DNA of 50,956 bases from Oscillospiraceae bacterium. Lineage in GTDB: Bacteria > Bacillota > Clostridia > Oscillospirales > Oscillospiraceae. Each line of letters starts with the position of its first letter. Positions within the stretch are counted from its first letter, which is position 1. The stretch covers positions 1 to 50,956 of the forward strand of contig JAGBAT010000001.1 in assembly GCA_017938835.1 (NCBI GenBank), given 5' to 3'. The notes below the pieces were generated by a model, which was not told where the DNA came from, ran no database searches, and was given only the letters and a program-made list of their open reading frames with translations. The translations under genes and the position numbers were made by a program. Positions 10,468 through 19,200 of the stretch are shown here, piece after piece.

Positions 10468-11841
10468 TTACTGTTCCAGATTCTTTACACATTCCACCAT
10501 GATGGCACATTCCATGCGCTTCTTGAACAGCTCACAGCCGTATTCGTATACGCCGTTGACGCTGCCGGTGGAGTTGTAGGCGTTGGCTGCACAGCCGCCT
10601 GCACAGTATAGTCTTGCCCAGCAGTCCTTGCACTCAGGGTGAGAGTACACATTGCAGCTGCGGAACTGATCCTGCACTTCGGGGTGGGTCACACCGTTCC
10701 AAATATCGCCCAGCTTGAAGTCCTCCTTGCCCACAAACTGGTGGCAGGGATACAAGTCGCCGGAAGGGGTGACTGCCATGTACTCGGTACCGGAGCCGCA
10801 GCCGGACAGACGCTTATAGATACAGGGGCCTGCGGTCAGGTCGACCATATAGTGATAGAAGGTAAAGGGCTTGCCCGCTTTGCGGCGTTCGATCATCATT
10901 TGCGCCAGCTTTTCATACTGCTCGAACAGGACCGGCAAATCGTCCTGAGTTAGTGCGCTGGGTTCGCTGGGGTCACAGACCACAGGCTCCATGCTTACCT
11001 GATCGAATCCCAGATCCAGCATATGCTGAATGTCCTCGGTGAAATCAGTGTTGTGGTGGGTGTAGGTGCCGCGCATGTAGTATTCCTTGTCACCGCGCTT
11101 TTCCACGAAACGCTGGAAGTTGGGTACAATGCGGTCGTAACTGCCGTGACCGGCTGCGTCTACGCGGAAGCGGTCATTGACTTCCTTACGGCCGTCCAGA
11201 CTGAGGACGACGTTGTGCATTTCTTTGTTCAGGTAGTCGGTGACTTCATCGGTCAGCAGAACGCCGTTGGTGGTCATAGTGAAGCGGAAATTCTTGTTTG
11301 TTTCCTTTTCGCGGCTGCGTGCGTATTCCACCAGCTGTTTGCACACTTCCCAGTTTACCAGCGGTTCGCCGCCGAAAAAGTCCACTTCCAGATTGTGACG
11401 GGTGCCGGAGTGTGCGATCAGAAATTCCAGTGCCTGCTTACCGGTCTCAAAGCTCATCAGGGCCTTTTCGCCGTGGTATTCGCCCTGTGCGGCAAAGCAG
11501 TATTCACATCTCAGATTGCAGGCATGGGCAACATGCAGGCAGATGGCCTTGATGATGGGGCTCTGCTTCATTTTGCCAGCCAGACCGGCAAACTTGTCTT
11601 CTGTAAACAGCTTGCCGGCTTCTTTTAGTGCTTCCACATCACCGATGCACTCCCGGATCTCCGCTTCGTTCACATCGGGCAGGTCGCCGTATTTTTCCAG
11701 CATAGCAGATACAATTTCATCTGCGGTGTGATCTTCATACATGGCGATGATATCGTATGCTACTTCGTCCACGACATGTACTGCGCCGGAATTGACGTCG
11801 ATGACGATATTCAGACCGCCCAGTTTGTACTGATGAATCAT
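10468..11841 (-). CDS. scfB: Radical SAM/SPASM thioether-forming SCIFF peptide maturase
   Basis: CNLRCEYC radical SAM cluster motif and a Cys-rich SPASM C-terminus. Directly downstream of a SCIFF peptide gene. GAGGAGAG RBS before ATG 11841. Confidence 0.85.
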   Translation of the reverse strand: MIHQYKLGGLNIVIDVNSGAVHVVDEVAYDIIAMYEDHTADEIVSAMLEKYGDLPDVNEAEIRECIGDVEALKEAGKLFTEDKFAGLAGKMKQSPIIKAICLHVAHACNLRCEYCFAAQGEYHGEKALMSFETGKQALEFLIAHSGTRHNLEVDFFGGEPLVNWEVCKQLVEYARSREKETNKNFRFTMTTNGVLLTDEVTDYLNKEMHNVVLSLDGRKEVNDRFRVDAAGHGSYDRIVPNFQRFVEKRGDKEYYMRGTYTHHNTDFTEDIQHMLDLGFDQVSMEPVVCDPSEPSALTQDDLPVLFEQYEKLAQMMIERRKAGKPFTFYHYMVDLTAGPCIYKRLSGCGSGTEYMAVTPSGDLYPCHQFVGKEDFKLGDIWNGVTHPEVQDQFRSCNVYSHPECKDCWARLYCAGGCAANAYNSTGSVNGVYEYGCELFKKRMECAIMVECVKNLEQ

Positions 11842-11869
11842 GATACTCTCCTCTTTATCATACATAGAA

Positions 11870-11899
11870 AAACCTCTTGTTCCAACGAACAAGAGGTTT
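11870..11899 (-). terminator. 13-bp hairpin attenuator between the SCIFF peptide gene and the maturase gene
   Basis: AAACCTCTTGTTC-CAAC-GAACAAGAGGTTT, followed on the minus strand by TTTCT. Confidence 0.65.
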
Positions 11900-11916
11900 C
11901 AATAGAAATAGTAAAA

Positions 11917-12063
11917 TTACTTTTCGTTGTTCTCGCACTTCTGGTTTGCTACGCCGCAAGAGGTCTTGCAAGCGGACTGGCAGGAAGTCTGGCATTCGCC
12001 GCAGCCGCCGGTAACAGCGCTCTTGTTCAGATCGCGAGTTTCGATGGTCTTGATTCTGCTCAT
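11917..12063 (-). CDS. scfA: SCIFF (six cysteines in forty-five residues) ribosomal precursor peptide, 48 aa
   Basis: My translation is MSRIKTIETRDLNKSAVTGGCGECQTSCQSACKTSCGVANQKCENNEK. It has the family core GGCGECQTSCQSACKTSC and a GAGGGA RBS 6 nt upstream. Absent from the ORF track because it is under 60 aa. Confidence 0.9.
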   Translation of the reverse strand: MSRIKTIETRDLNKSAVTGGCGECQTSCQSACKTSCGVANQKCENNEK

Positions 12064-12122
12064 TAGGAATCCCTCATCTTTCAAAAATAGTATAGATAGT
12101 ATAGCTCATTAGACCCGTTTCG

Positions 12123-13523
12123 TCAACCCTTTTTCAGCACACGCAGCTGTCCGACGGGGGTGGCTTTCGGACCGGAGATATCCACGCCTGCGGATGCACT
12201 GTCCCGAATATACGCTATCAGCTCACGGGAGATGATCTCACCGGGGACAACCAGTGGGATCCCCGGAGGATAGGCCCATAGAAAGTCCCCGCTGATACGG
12301 CCTGCAGCCTCAGACACAGCCGCGAACTCTATGGGGGACTTGGCCGCTTGATAGATGGGCATGGCCGCCTGCGGCAGCGGCAAAGCTCCGGCTGTTATGG
12401 AGAGAGAGCCGGATAGGGTGCTGTCGATCTCGTTCAGTGCCTTTGCCAGCCGGAGCAAGTCATTTGCGGTGTCGCCCATACCGGTCATAGCCAGAACGGT
12501 GTTGGCGGTGGACATTTCCGTTTCGATGCTGTATTGCGTGCGAAGTCTCTCTGCCAGAGCGGGGCCTGTGATGTTGGTGCCAACTGAGGAGACCAGCAGT
12601 TTTGAGGGGTCGGAGTTGGGAATATTTTTCAGCGGTATGCTGAGGTGATGTAAAGACAGCGCATTATGAAATTGATTCAAGCTTTGTTTCCATTGGGCGA
12701 ACAGTTCGTCTCTCTGCCCCGTCAGCAGCTGCACACAGCTGTCGATGGATGCCATGAGCAGGTAGGAGGGGCTGGAGGTCTGATACACCGACAGGCGGAA
12801 ACCAAGCTCATCTGCAGAAATACGGTCAGAGCACAAGTGCAGCATGGCGGTCTGGGTCAGACTGGGCAGGGTCTTATGCAGAGACTGCACTACTATGTCT
12901 GCACCTTGTGTTACGGCGCTTGCAGGGAAGTGGTCGGAAAGTCCCAAATGTGCACCGTGGGCTTCATCTACCAGCAGAACGGCACCGTAACGGTGGACGA
13001 TCTCGCTAATGGCGGGGATGTTACTGATGATCCCTTCGTAGGTGGGAGAGGTGACGACTACCAGACGTGTGTCGGGATGGGCGGTCATGGCAGCTTCCAC
13101 TTGTGCGGGAGTGATGCAATCGGCAAAGGACTGGCCGGGAAAGCAGGTTGGCTGGATGTACGCTGTTTCCAGCCGACACAGCATACAGGCGTTGTACACA
13201 GCTTTGTGGCAATTGCGGGCGATGAGCACTTTGTCCCCGGGAGTGGTGGCGGCATCAATGGCAGCCAGTAGTCCGGCGGTACTGCCGCCGATGAGCCACC
13301 ATGCTCGCCTGCTGCCCCAGAGTGCAGCGGCGTCCTTCATGCGTTCGGCCAGAGTGCCCACGGGGTCATGGAGGTTGGAAAAGTCGGGGATCTCGGTAAT
13401 ATCCAGCTCTGCACCTAATACTTCCAGATAGGGTGCCAGAGCGGTATTTCGCTTGTGGCCGGGCATGTGCATGGGCAGAGCCTTTGAGCGGGAGTAATCC
13501 TGCAGCAGCTCAAGCAGCGTCAT
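12123..13523 (-). CDS. PLP-dependent Orn/Lys/Arg decarboxylase family protein
   Basis: N-terminal MPGHK motif, the PLP-lysine context SLHKTLPSLTQ and the family length. Confidence 0.8.
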   Translation of the reverse strand: MTLLELLQDYSRSKALPMHMPGHKRNTALAPYLEVLGAELDITEIPDFSNLHDPVGTLAERMKDAAALWGSRRAWWLIGGSTAGLLAAIDAATTPGDKVLIARNCHKAVYNACMLCRLETAYIQPTCFPGQSFADCITPAQVEAAMTAHPDTRLVVVTSPTYEGIISNIPAISEIVHRYGAVLLVDEAHGAHLGLSDHFPASAVTQGADIVVQSLHKTLPSLTQTAMLHLCSDRISADELGFRLSVYQTSSPSYLLMASIDSCVQLLTGQRDELFAQWKQSLNQFHNALSLHHLSIPLKNIPNSDPSKLLVSSVGTNITGPALAERLRTQYSIETEMSTANTVLAMTGMGDTANDLLRLAKALNEIDSTLSGSLSITAGALPLPQAAMPIYQAAKSPIEFAAVSEAAGRISGDFLWAYPPGIPLVVPGEIISRELIAYIRDSASAGVDISGPKATPVGQLRVLKKG

Positions 13524-13613
13524 GGTGTTACCTCACATTCCAGTTGATGATGACTACATTATAACCGTATGGATGGGAGATAGCAAGTTTTGCCTTTGTC
13601 TGGGGATTAACGC

Positions 13614-13642
13614 TTGCAATAGGGGGTGTTGGGTGATAAAAT
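13614..13642 (+). promoter_or_regulatory. Sigma-70-type promoter for pta (TTGCAA-17-TAAAAT)
   Basis: Hexamers at 13614-13619 and 13637-13642 with a 17-nt spacer. A TATAAT also lies at about 13648. Confidence 0.5.
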
Positions 13643-13693
13643 GTCAGTATAATCACCCGGGGAATGCCCGGAATTTGTTTGGAGGAGTTACCA

Positions 13694-14692
13694 ATGTTTG
13701 AAAATCTTGTTGAAATTCTGAAGCAGAACCCCCGCAAGATCGTATACACCGAAGGTTCTGATGCTCGTATTCTGGAATCTGCTGCCCGCCTGAAGAAGGA
13801 AGGCTTCCTGACCCCCGTTCTGGTCGGCAATGTTGAAGAAGTAAAGGCTGCTGCTGCAAAGGGCGGCTTTGATATTGAAGGTCTGGAAATTCTGGATCCC
13901 ATGACTTATGAAGGCATGGACGAAATGGTAGAAACCATGGTCGTTCTGCGTAAGGGCAAGATGAGCGCTGAAGACTGCCGCAAGAACCTGCAGAAGGGCA
14001 ACTACTTTGGCACCATGCTGGTCAAGATGGGCAAGGCTGACTGCCTGCTGGGCGGCGCTACCTACTCTACCGCTGATACCGTACGTCCCGCTCTGCAGCT
14101 GATCAAGACCAAGCCCGGCAGCACTCTGGTATCCTCCTGCTTCATCATGGTCCGCGGCGACGAAAAGCTGGCAATGGGCGACTGCGCAATCAACATTTCC
14201 TACGAAGACAAGCTGGATAAGGAAGGCAATGTCACTCAGACCGGTGCTGAACAGCTGGCAGAAGTTGCCATCGAAACTGAAAAGACCGCTCGAGCATTCG
14301 GTATTGATCCCAAGGTCGCTATGCTGAGCTACTCCACCAAGGGCTCCGGCAAGGGCGCTCAGGTCGATCTGGTTCGCAACGCTACCGAAATCGTAAAGGC
14401 AAAGTACCCCGAAATGGCAATCGACGGCGAAATGCAGTTTGACGCTGCTGTTTCCCCCGAAGTTGGTCAGCTGAAGTTCCCCGGCTCTCCTGTTGCAGGT
14501 TATGCAAACACCTTTATCTTCCCCGAGATCCAGTCCGGTAACATCGGCTACAAGATCGCTGCTCGTCTGGGTGGTTTCGCAGCTTACGGCCCCATTCTGC
14601 AGGGCCTGAATGCTCCCATCAACGACTTGTCCCGCGGCTGCAACGCTGAAGAAGTTTACCAGATGTCCATCATTACTGCTGGTCTGGCATGA
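13694..14692 (+). CDS. pta: Phosphate acetyltransferase
   Basis: Full-length similarity to the Pta catalytic domain (IVYTEGSDARIL, GGATYSTADTVRPALQ). GGAGGAG RBS before ATG 13694. Confidence 0.9.
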   Translation: MFENLVEILKQNPRKIVYTEGSDARILESAARLKKEGFLTPVLVGNVEEVKAAAAKGGFDIEGLEILDPMTYEGMDEMVETMVVLRKGKMSAEDCRKNLQKGNYFGTMLVKMGKADCLLGGATYSTADTVRPALQLIKTKPGSTLVSSCFIMVRGDEKLAMGDCAINISYEDKLDKEGNVTQTGAEQLAEVAIETEKTARAFGIDPKVAMLSYSTKGSGKGAQVDLVRNATEIVKAKYPEMAIDGEMQFDAAVSPEVGQLKFPGSPVAGYANTFIFPEIQSGNIGYKIAARLGGFAAYGPILQGLNAPINDLSRGCNAEEVYQMSIITAGLA

Positions 14693-14711
14693 TTTCCAAT
14701 TCTTAAAGATT

Positions 14712-14741
14712 AAAACAGGCTTCTTTGGAAGCCTGTTTTTT
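14712..14741 (+). terminator. pta intrinsic terminator
   Basis: AAAACAGGCTTC-TTTG-GAAGCCTGTTTT followed by TT. Confidence 0.85.
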
Positions 14742-14742
14742 A

Positions 14743-14990
14743 TTTACCACCATCTACAATCCCGATGCAATACACAATGCGGCTCCCACCAAGTATGAGC
14801 ATCTCAGCGAAAACGAACGGTTAGCAGCCTCATCGACTATTTCGAGGAAGCTACCGGTGCGCATTCCGCGGCGACATTTATGGCTGCACCTGTACTGCAG
14901 TAGACGGTGCTGTGACCCGTATACTCTGCGTACCCTATGAGCGATCTGACCATTCAGGGACACAGAGACTGTAAGGCTAAAATGCAAAAA
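14743..14990 (+). other. Non-coding stretch bounded by two terminators: candidate ncRNA, degenerate repeat member or gene remnant
   Basis: No ORF with an RBS. Composition is not AT-rich like true promoter regions. Contains the GCACC...GGTGC hairpin with the palindrome TACTGCAGTA, plus TTCGAGGAAGCT (11/12 identical to 38619-38630). Confidence 0.3.
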
Positions 14991-15026
14991 ATGAGGGCAC
15001 TCGACTTAGAGTGCTCTCATTTTTTT
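14991..15026 (+). terminator. Strong intrinsic terminator with no upstream CDS of its own
   Basis: ATGAGGGCACTC-GACTTA-GAGTGCTCTCAT (12 bp including one G-U) followed by TTTTTT. An A-run upstream makes it potentially bidirectional. Confidence 0.8.
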
Positions 15027-15082
15027 GCAAGAATTTCGTCAAAAACAACAAAATGGATGATTTTTTTTCATTTGTTTATCCG

Positions 15083-15111
15083 TTGACTTTACGTATTTAA
15101 AGCGATATACT
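15083..15111 (+). promoter_or_regulatory. Sigma-70-type promoter TTGACT-17-TATACT for the ABC operon
   Basis: Hexamers at 15083-15088 and 15106-15111 with an exact 17-nt spacer, about 60 nt upstream of ATG 15173. Confidence 0.65.
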
Positions 15112-15172
15112 TTAAAGGCATAAAGAGCCTCTTCCTGAAGAGACCCATCATTTTTTGATAGGAGAATTTGAA

Positions 15173-16162
15173 ATGAAAAAGAAGATTATTGCCCTCCTGA
15201 TGGCAGTTTTGATGCTGACCTCTCTGGTCGCATGCGGCGGCAACTCCGGTGATGACGCATCCGCTGGTGACGGCGAAGAAGCTACCACTTACACCATCGG
15301 TATTTGCCAGCTGGTACAGCACGTCGCTCTGGACGCAGCAACCGAAGGCTTTAAGGATGCTGTTGTAGCAGCTCTGGGCGAAGAAAATGTTGTATTTGAC
15401 GAACAGAACGCAGCAGGCGATTCCAACACCTGCAACACCATTGTCAATGGCTTTGTTTCCAACAATGTTGACCTGATCATGGCTAACGCAACTCCTGCTC
15501 TGCAGGCAGCTTCCGCAGCTACCGGTACCATCCCCGTTCTGGGCACTTCCGTTACTGAATACGGCGTTGCTCTGGGCATTGAAGGCTTTACCAGTCTGGT
15601 AGGTACCAATGTTTCCGGCACTTCCGACCTGGCTCCCCTGGACGAACAGGCTGCTATGATTAAGGAATGGTGCCCCGATGCTAAGACCGTTGGTCTGCTG
15701 TACTGCTCCGCTGAAGCAAACTCTCAGTACCAGGTAGACACCGTTCAGACTTATTTGGAAGAACTGGGCTACACCTGCAAGCAGTACTCCTTCACTGACT
15801 CCAATGATATTCAGGCTGTTACTCAGCAGTGCGCTGACGAAAGCGACGTTATCTATGTTCCTACCGATAACACCGTTGCTTCCAACACCGGTATCATCGA
15901 CGGTATCTGCCATGGTAAGGTTCCCGTATTCGCTGGCGAAGAAGGCATCTGCTCCGGCTGCGGTGTTGCAACTCTGTCCATCAGCTACTATGATCTGGGT
16001 GTTGCAACCGGTGAAATGGCTGTTAAGATCCTGACCGGTGAAGCAGACGTTGCTGAAATGGAAATCGGCTATGCAGCTACCACCACTCCCAAGTACAACG
16101 CTGTTAACTGCGAAGCTCTGGGCCTGACCGCTCCTGAAGGCTACGTAGCAATCGAAGGCTAA
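15173..16162 (+). CDS. ABC transporter substrate-binding lipoprotein (ABC_sub_bind / PF04392-like)
   Basis: Lipobox LVACGG. The sequence resembles the uncharacterised ABC_sub_bind family. GGAGAA RBS. Confidence 0.8.
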   Translation: MKKKIIALLMAVLMLTSLVACGGNSGDDASAGDGEEATTYTIGICQLVQHVALDAATEGFKDAVVAALGEENVVFDEQNAAGDSNTCNTIVNGFVSNNVDLIMANATPALQAASAATGTIPVLGTSVTEYGVALGIEGFTSLVGTNVSGTSDLAPLDEQAAMIKEWCPDAKTVGLLYCSAEANSQYQVDTVQTYLEELGYTCKQYSFTDSNDIQAVTQQCADESDVIYVPTDNTVASNTGIIDGICHGKVPVFAGEEGICSGCGVATLSISYYDLGVATGEMAVKILTGEADVAEMEIGYAATTTPKYNAVNCEALGLTAPEGYVAIEG

Positions 16163-16179
16163 TTTGCAAATAAGTGAAT

Positions 16180-16217
16180 AAAAGAGCGAGGAAGGTATTT
16201 CCTTTCTCGCTCTTTTT
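16180..16217 (+). terminator. Intra-operon attenuator hairpin after the SBP gene
   Basis: AAAAGAGCGAGGAAGG-TATTT-CCTTTCTCGCTCTTTT. Confidence 0.7.
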
Positions 16218-16265
16218 CAATCGAATAGATTCATTTTCTTTGCAGCATTTGGAGGAATAATTTTA

Positions 16266-17225
16266 ATGGAAAGTTTTATCAATGCATTGCCCGGTGCTGT
16301 TGCTCAGGGTCTGATTTGGGGCGTTATGGCCATCGGCGTGTTCATTACATTCCGGCTATTGGATATTGCGGACTTGTCCGTTGACGGCAGCTTCTGTACC
16401 GGCGGCGCAGTCTGCGTTATGATGATTCTGGCGGGATACGATCCTGCTATTGCTATGTTCATGGCATTTCTTGTGGGTATGCTGGCTGGCTTTGCCACTG
16501 GCTTTTTCCACACAGTCTGTGGTATTCCCGCAATCCTTGCGGGTATTCTGACCCAGCTGGGTTTGTGGTCTGTGAACCTTGCGATCATGGGTATGAAGGC
16601 AAACCAGTACATCAATGTCAATAATTTTGAACTGTTTGTCTCTCTGCGCTATCTGCAGGATGTGAATGCCGGTGTTCGCCCATTCTATGAACATCCCATT
16701 TTTGTCGTTGGGGTATTTACTGTGATTCTGATTCTGATTCTATACTGGTTCTTTGGTACAGAACTGGGTGCATCTCTGCGCGCCACCGGTGCCAACCAGC
16801 ACATGGCAAGAGCACAGGGTATCAACACCAATGTCAATGTAGTTCTCGGTCTGATGATCTCTAATGGTCTGGTTGCTCTGTCCGGCGCTCTGCTGAGCCA
16901 GTATCAGTCCTATGCTGATATCAATATGGGCCGCGGTGCTATCGTCATCGGTCTGGCGGCGATCATCATCGGTGAAGTCATATTCAGCAAGGTCTCCGGT
17001 AACTTCGCTGTCAAGCTTCTGTCTGTGTCTGTGGGCGCGATCATTTACTACATCGTGGTTCAGGGCGTTATCACTCTGCTTAAGATCGATACCAACTACC
17101 TCAAGCTCATCACTGCATTGATCGTTGCAGTGTTCCTGACTGTGCCTTACTGGAAGGGCAAGTACTTCCATGCAAAGGTCACGCCCGCACTGCCTGAAGA
17201 AGAGGAGGTAGCTGAACATGCTTGA
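16266..17225 (+). CDS. ABC transporter permease
   Basis: About 9 hydrophobic helices. Adjacent to the SBP gene and overlaps the ATPase gene. Confidence 0.85.
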   Translation: MESFINALPGAVAQGLIWGVMAIGVFITFRLLDIADLSVDGSFCTGGAVCVMMILAGYDPAIAMFMAFLVGMLAGFATGFFHTVCGIPAILAGILTQLGLWSVNLAIMGMKANQYINVNNFELFVSLRYLQDVNAGVRPFYEHPIFVVGVFTVILILILYWFFGTELGASLRATGANQHMARAQGINTNVNVVLGLMISNGLVALSGALLSQYQSYADINMGRGAIVIGLAAIIIGEVIFSKVSGNFAVKLLSVSVGAIIYYIVVQGVITLLKIDTNYLKLITALIVAVFLTVPYWKGKYFHAKVTPALPEEEEVAEHA

Positions 17226-18012
17226 GATCAAGAATGTATATAAGACCTTTAATCCCGGCACAGTTAATGAAAAGCGTGCCTTGCAGAACCTGAACCTGTC
17301 TGTTGCAGATGGTGATTTTGTCACCGTTATCGGCGGCAACGGCGCAGGTAAGTCCACCATGCTCAATGCCATTACCGGCGCGCTGTCTGTGGACTATGGT
17401 ACCATCTCCATTGATGGCGTGGATGTCACTAAGCTCCCTGAACACAAGCGCGCTCAGTATATCGGCCGTGTATTCCAGGATCCTATGATGGGGACTGCCG
17501 CCACCATGCAGATCGAAGAGAATCTGGCACTGGCAGCACGCCGCGGCAAGGCTCGTACGCTGCGCGGCGGTATCAGCAAGGCAGAGCGCGAAGGCTATCG
17601 CGAACAGCTGGCAACGCTGGGCCTGGGACTGGAAAACCGTTTGACTGCAAAGGTCGGCCTGCTGTCCGGCGGTCAGCGTCAGGCACTGACGCTGCTGATG
17701 GCGACTCTGCAGAAACCCAAGCTGCTGCTTCTGGACGAGCATACTGCAGCGCTGGACCCCAAGACGGCTGCCAAGGTTCTGGAGACGACACAGCGCATCG
17801 TGGAAGAAAATCAGCTGACCACCATTATGATCACCCATAACATGCGAGATGCCATTACTTACGGCAACCGCCTGATCATGATGTACGACGGCCATATCGT
17901 CGTTGATGTTTCCGGTGAGGAAAAGAAGAAGCTGACCGTCGAACAGCTGCTGAACCTGTTCAGCCAGGCATCCGGCAGCGATGAAGTCAACGATAAGCTT
18001 TTGTTGGCGTAA
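17218..18012 (+). CDS. ABC transporter ATP-binding protein
   Basis: Walker A GGNGAGKST, signature LSGGQRQ, Walker B LLLLDE. Confidence 0.9.
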   Translation: MLEIKNVYKTFNPGTVNEKRALQNLNLSVADGDFVTVIGGNGAGKSTMLNAITGALSVDYGTISIDGVDVTKLPEHKRAQYIGRVFQDPMMGTAATMQIEENLALAARRGKARTLRGGISKAEREGYREQLATLGLGLENRLTAKVGLLSGGQRQALTLLMATLQKPKLLLLDEHTAALDPKTAAKVLETTQRIVEENQLTTIMITHNMRDAITYGNRLIMMYDGHIVVDVSGEEKKKLTVEQLLNLFSQASGSDEVNDKLLLA

Positions 18013-18033
18013 ATGCCTCAAGACTTAAATAAG

Positions 18034-18063
18034 AAAATCCGACACTGTCAGGTGTCGGATTTT
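18034..18063. terminator. Bidirectional terminator between the ABC operon and tadA
   Basis: AAAATCCGACAC-TGTCAG-GTGTCGGATTTT. Confidence 0.85.
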
Positions 18064-18064
18064 C

Positions 18065-18529
18065 TTATTTTTCCCGGACATGCTTGAAGAAGTCGGTTAG
18101 GACTTTCGCACATTCGTCTTTTTTAACATTGCCGTAGATGGCAGGTTTATGGGGGTACCGTTCCTCAAACAGGTTCAGCACACTGCCGCAGGAACCAGTC
18201 AGCTCATCCTTCGCGCCATACACAATGGTGGGGATGCGGGAGTTGATAATGGCACCGGCACACATGGGACAGGGTTCCAGTGTTACATACAGGGTACAGC
18301 CCTCCAGCCGCCAGTCGTTCATGTGTTTACAGGCCTGACGGATAGCCAGCAGCTCTGCGTGAGCGCAGGCATCTGTATCCTCTTCACGGCGGTTTCTTCC
18401 GCTGGCAATGATGTTGCCTTCGCGGTCAGTGATCACACAGCCAACAGGAACTTCCCCGGCGGCGGCAGCTTCTTCTGCCAGCACCAGTGCCTGCGCCATG
18501 TAATATTCTCTGTCGGGGATCTTAGGCAT
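18065..18529 (-). CDS. tadA: tRNA adenosine(34) deaminase
   Basis: Zinc motifs HAE (CAHAELLAI) and PCPMCAGA. Start at ATG 18529, overlapping the upstream gene end. Confidence 0.9.
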   Translation of the reverse strand: MPKIPDREYYMAQALVLAEEAAAAGEVPVGCVITDREGNIIASGRNRREEDTDACAHAELLAIRQACKHMNDWRLEGCTLYVTLEPCPMCAGAIINSRIPTIVYGAKDELTGSCGSVLNLFEERYPHKPAIYGNVKKDECAKVLTDFFKHVREK

Positions 18530-19079
18530 CGATGGGAGTACCGTCAGCGGTGAACAGGGGCAAGGGAGCCAGTACAATAATATCGTCACGCTTTGCAGCG
18601 TCGCCTTCTGCCAGAACAGCCATCTTACCTACGACTTCAGCGCCTGCTTTCGCGCACAGTACTTCCATAGCGCGCAGGGATTCGCCGGTGGAGATCACAT
18701 CGTCTACGATCAGCACGCGCTTGCCGTAGATCATGTCAGCGTCAGCCTGGTCCAGAACCAGAGTCTGGCTGCCGGCGGTGGTGATAGACTGGACTTCAAC
18801 TTCAAAAGTGCCCTGCATGTAAGCCTTTGCCTTCTTGCGGGCCACAAAGTAGCGGTTTGCAGCGGACTGACGAGCCATTTCGTATGCCAGGGGGATGGCT
18901 TTTGCTTCAGGTGCGATGATGTAATCATATTCGGGAGTGAGCTTCAGCAGTTCAGCAGCGCAGTGTACAGTCAGCTCCACATCACCGAACATGACGAATG
19001 CACCGATGGCAAGTTCATCGTTCAGAGGACAGAGGGGCAGATCACGCTTCAAACCAGCGATGTCGATCTCGTATGTCAT
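18522..19079 (-). CDS. Purine/adenine phosphoribosyltransferase family protein
   Basis: PRPP-binding motif VLIVDDVISTGES. Confidence 0.75.
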   Translation of the reverse strand: MTYEIDIAGLKRDLPLCPLNDELAIGAFVMFGDVELTVHCAAELLKLTPEYDYIIAPEAKAIPLAYEMARQSAANRYFVARKKAKAYMQGTFEVEVQSITTAGSQTLVLDQADADMIYGKRVLIVDDVISTGESLRAMEVLCAKAGAEVVGKMAVLAEGDAAKRDDIIVLAPLPLFTADGTPIDA

Positions 19080-19200
19080 TTTTGGGTTCCTCCTAATATT
19101 GCGCGGGCAGAGCCCGTTGTTTTTGTTTTCCGAAAAATTATTATATCATGAACTGCATATATTGCAAGAAAAATACAAGAATTTATCGGATTTTAACGGA

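Noticed and set aside
14743-15026. tmRNA, RNase P RNA, SRP RNA, 6S RNA, T-box leader or a known riboswitch in the orphan region after pta.
   Set aside because: I found no GGTTCGAATCC-type T-arm or CCA end (tmRNA), no GGAAAGTCCGG (RNase P) and no GGAAGGAAGCAGC (SRP). There is no long-range 5-prime/3-prime pairing (6S) and no GGTGGTACCGCG-like T-box. I also saw no TPP, B12, FMN, SAM, lysine, glycine or M-box core motifs on either strand. The downstream operon has its own promoter after the terminator. The region is kept only as an unclassified candidate.
14983-15085. Small ORF MQKMRALDLECSHFFARISSKTTKWMIFFHLFIR starting at 14983.
   Set aside because: It reads straight through the terminator hairpin and T-run, and its content is hydrophobic nonsense.
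15112-15172. Trp T-box or other leader upstream of the PF04392-type ABC transporter.
   Set aside because: The leader after the predicted promoter is only about 60 nt and contains no specifier-loop or T-box features.
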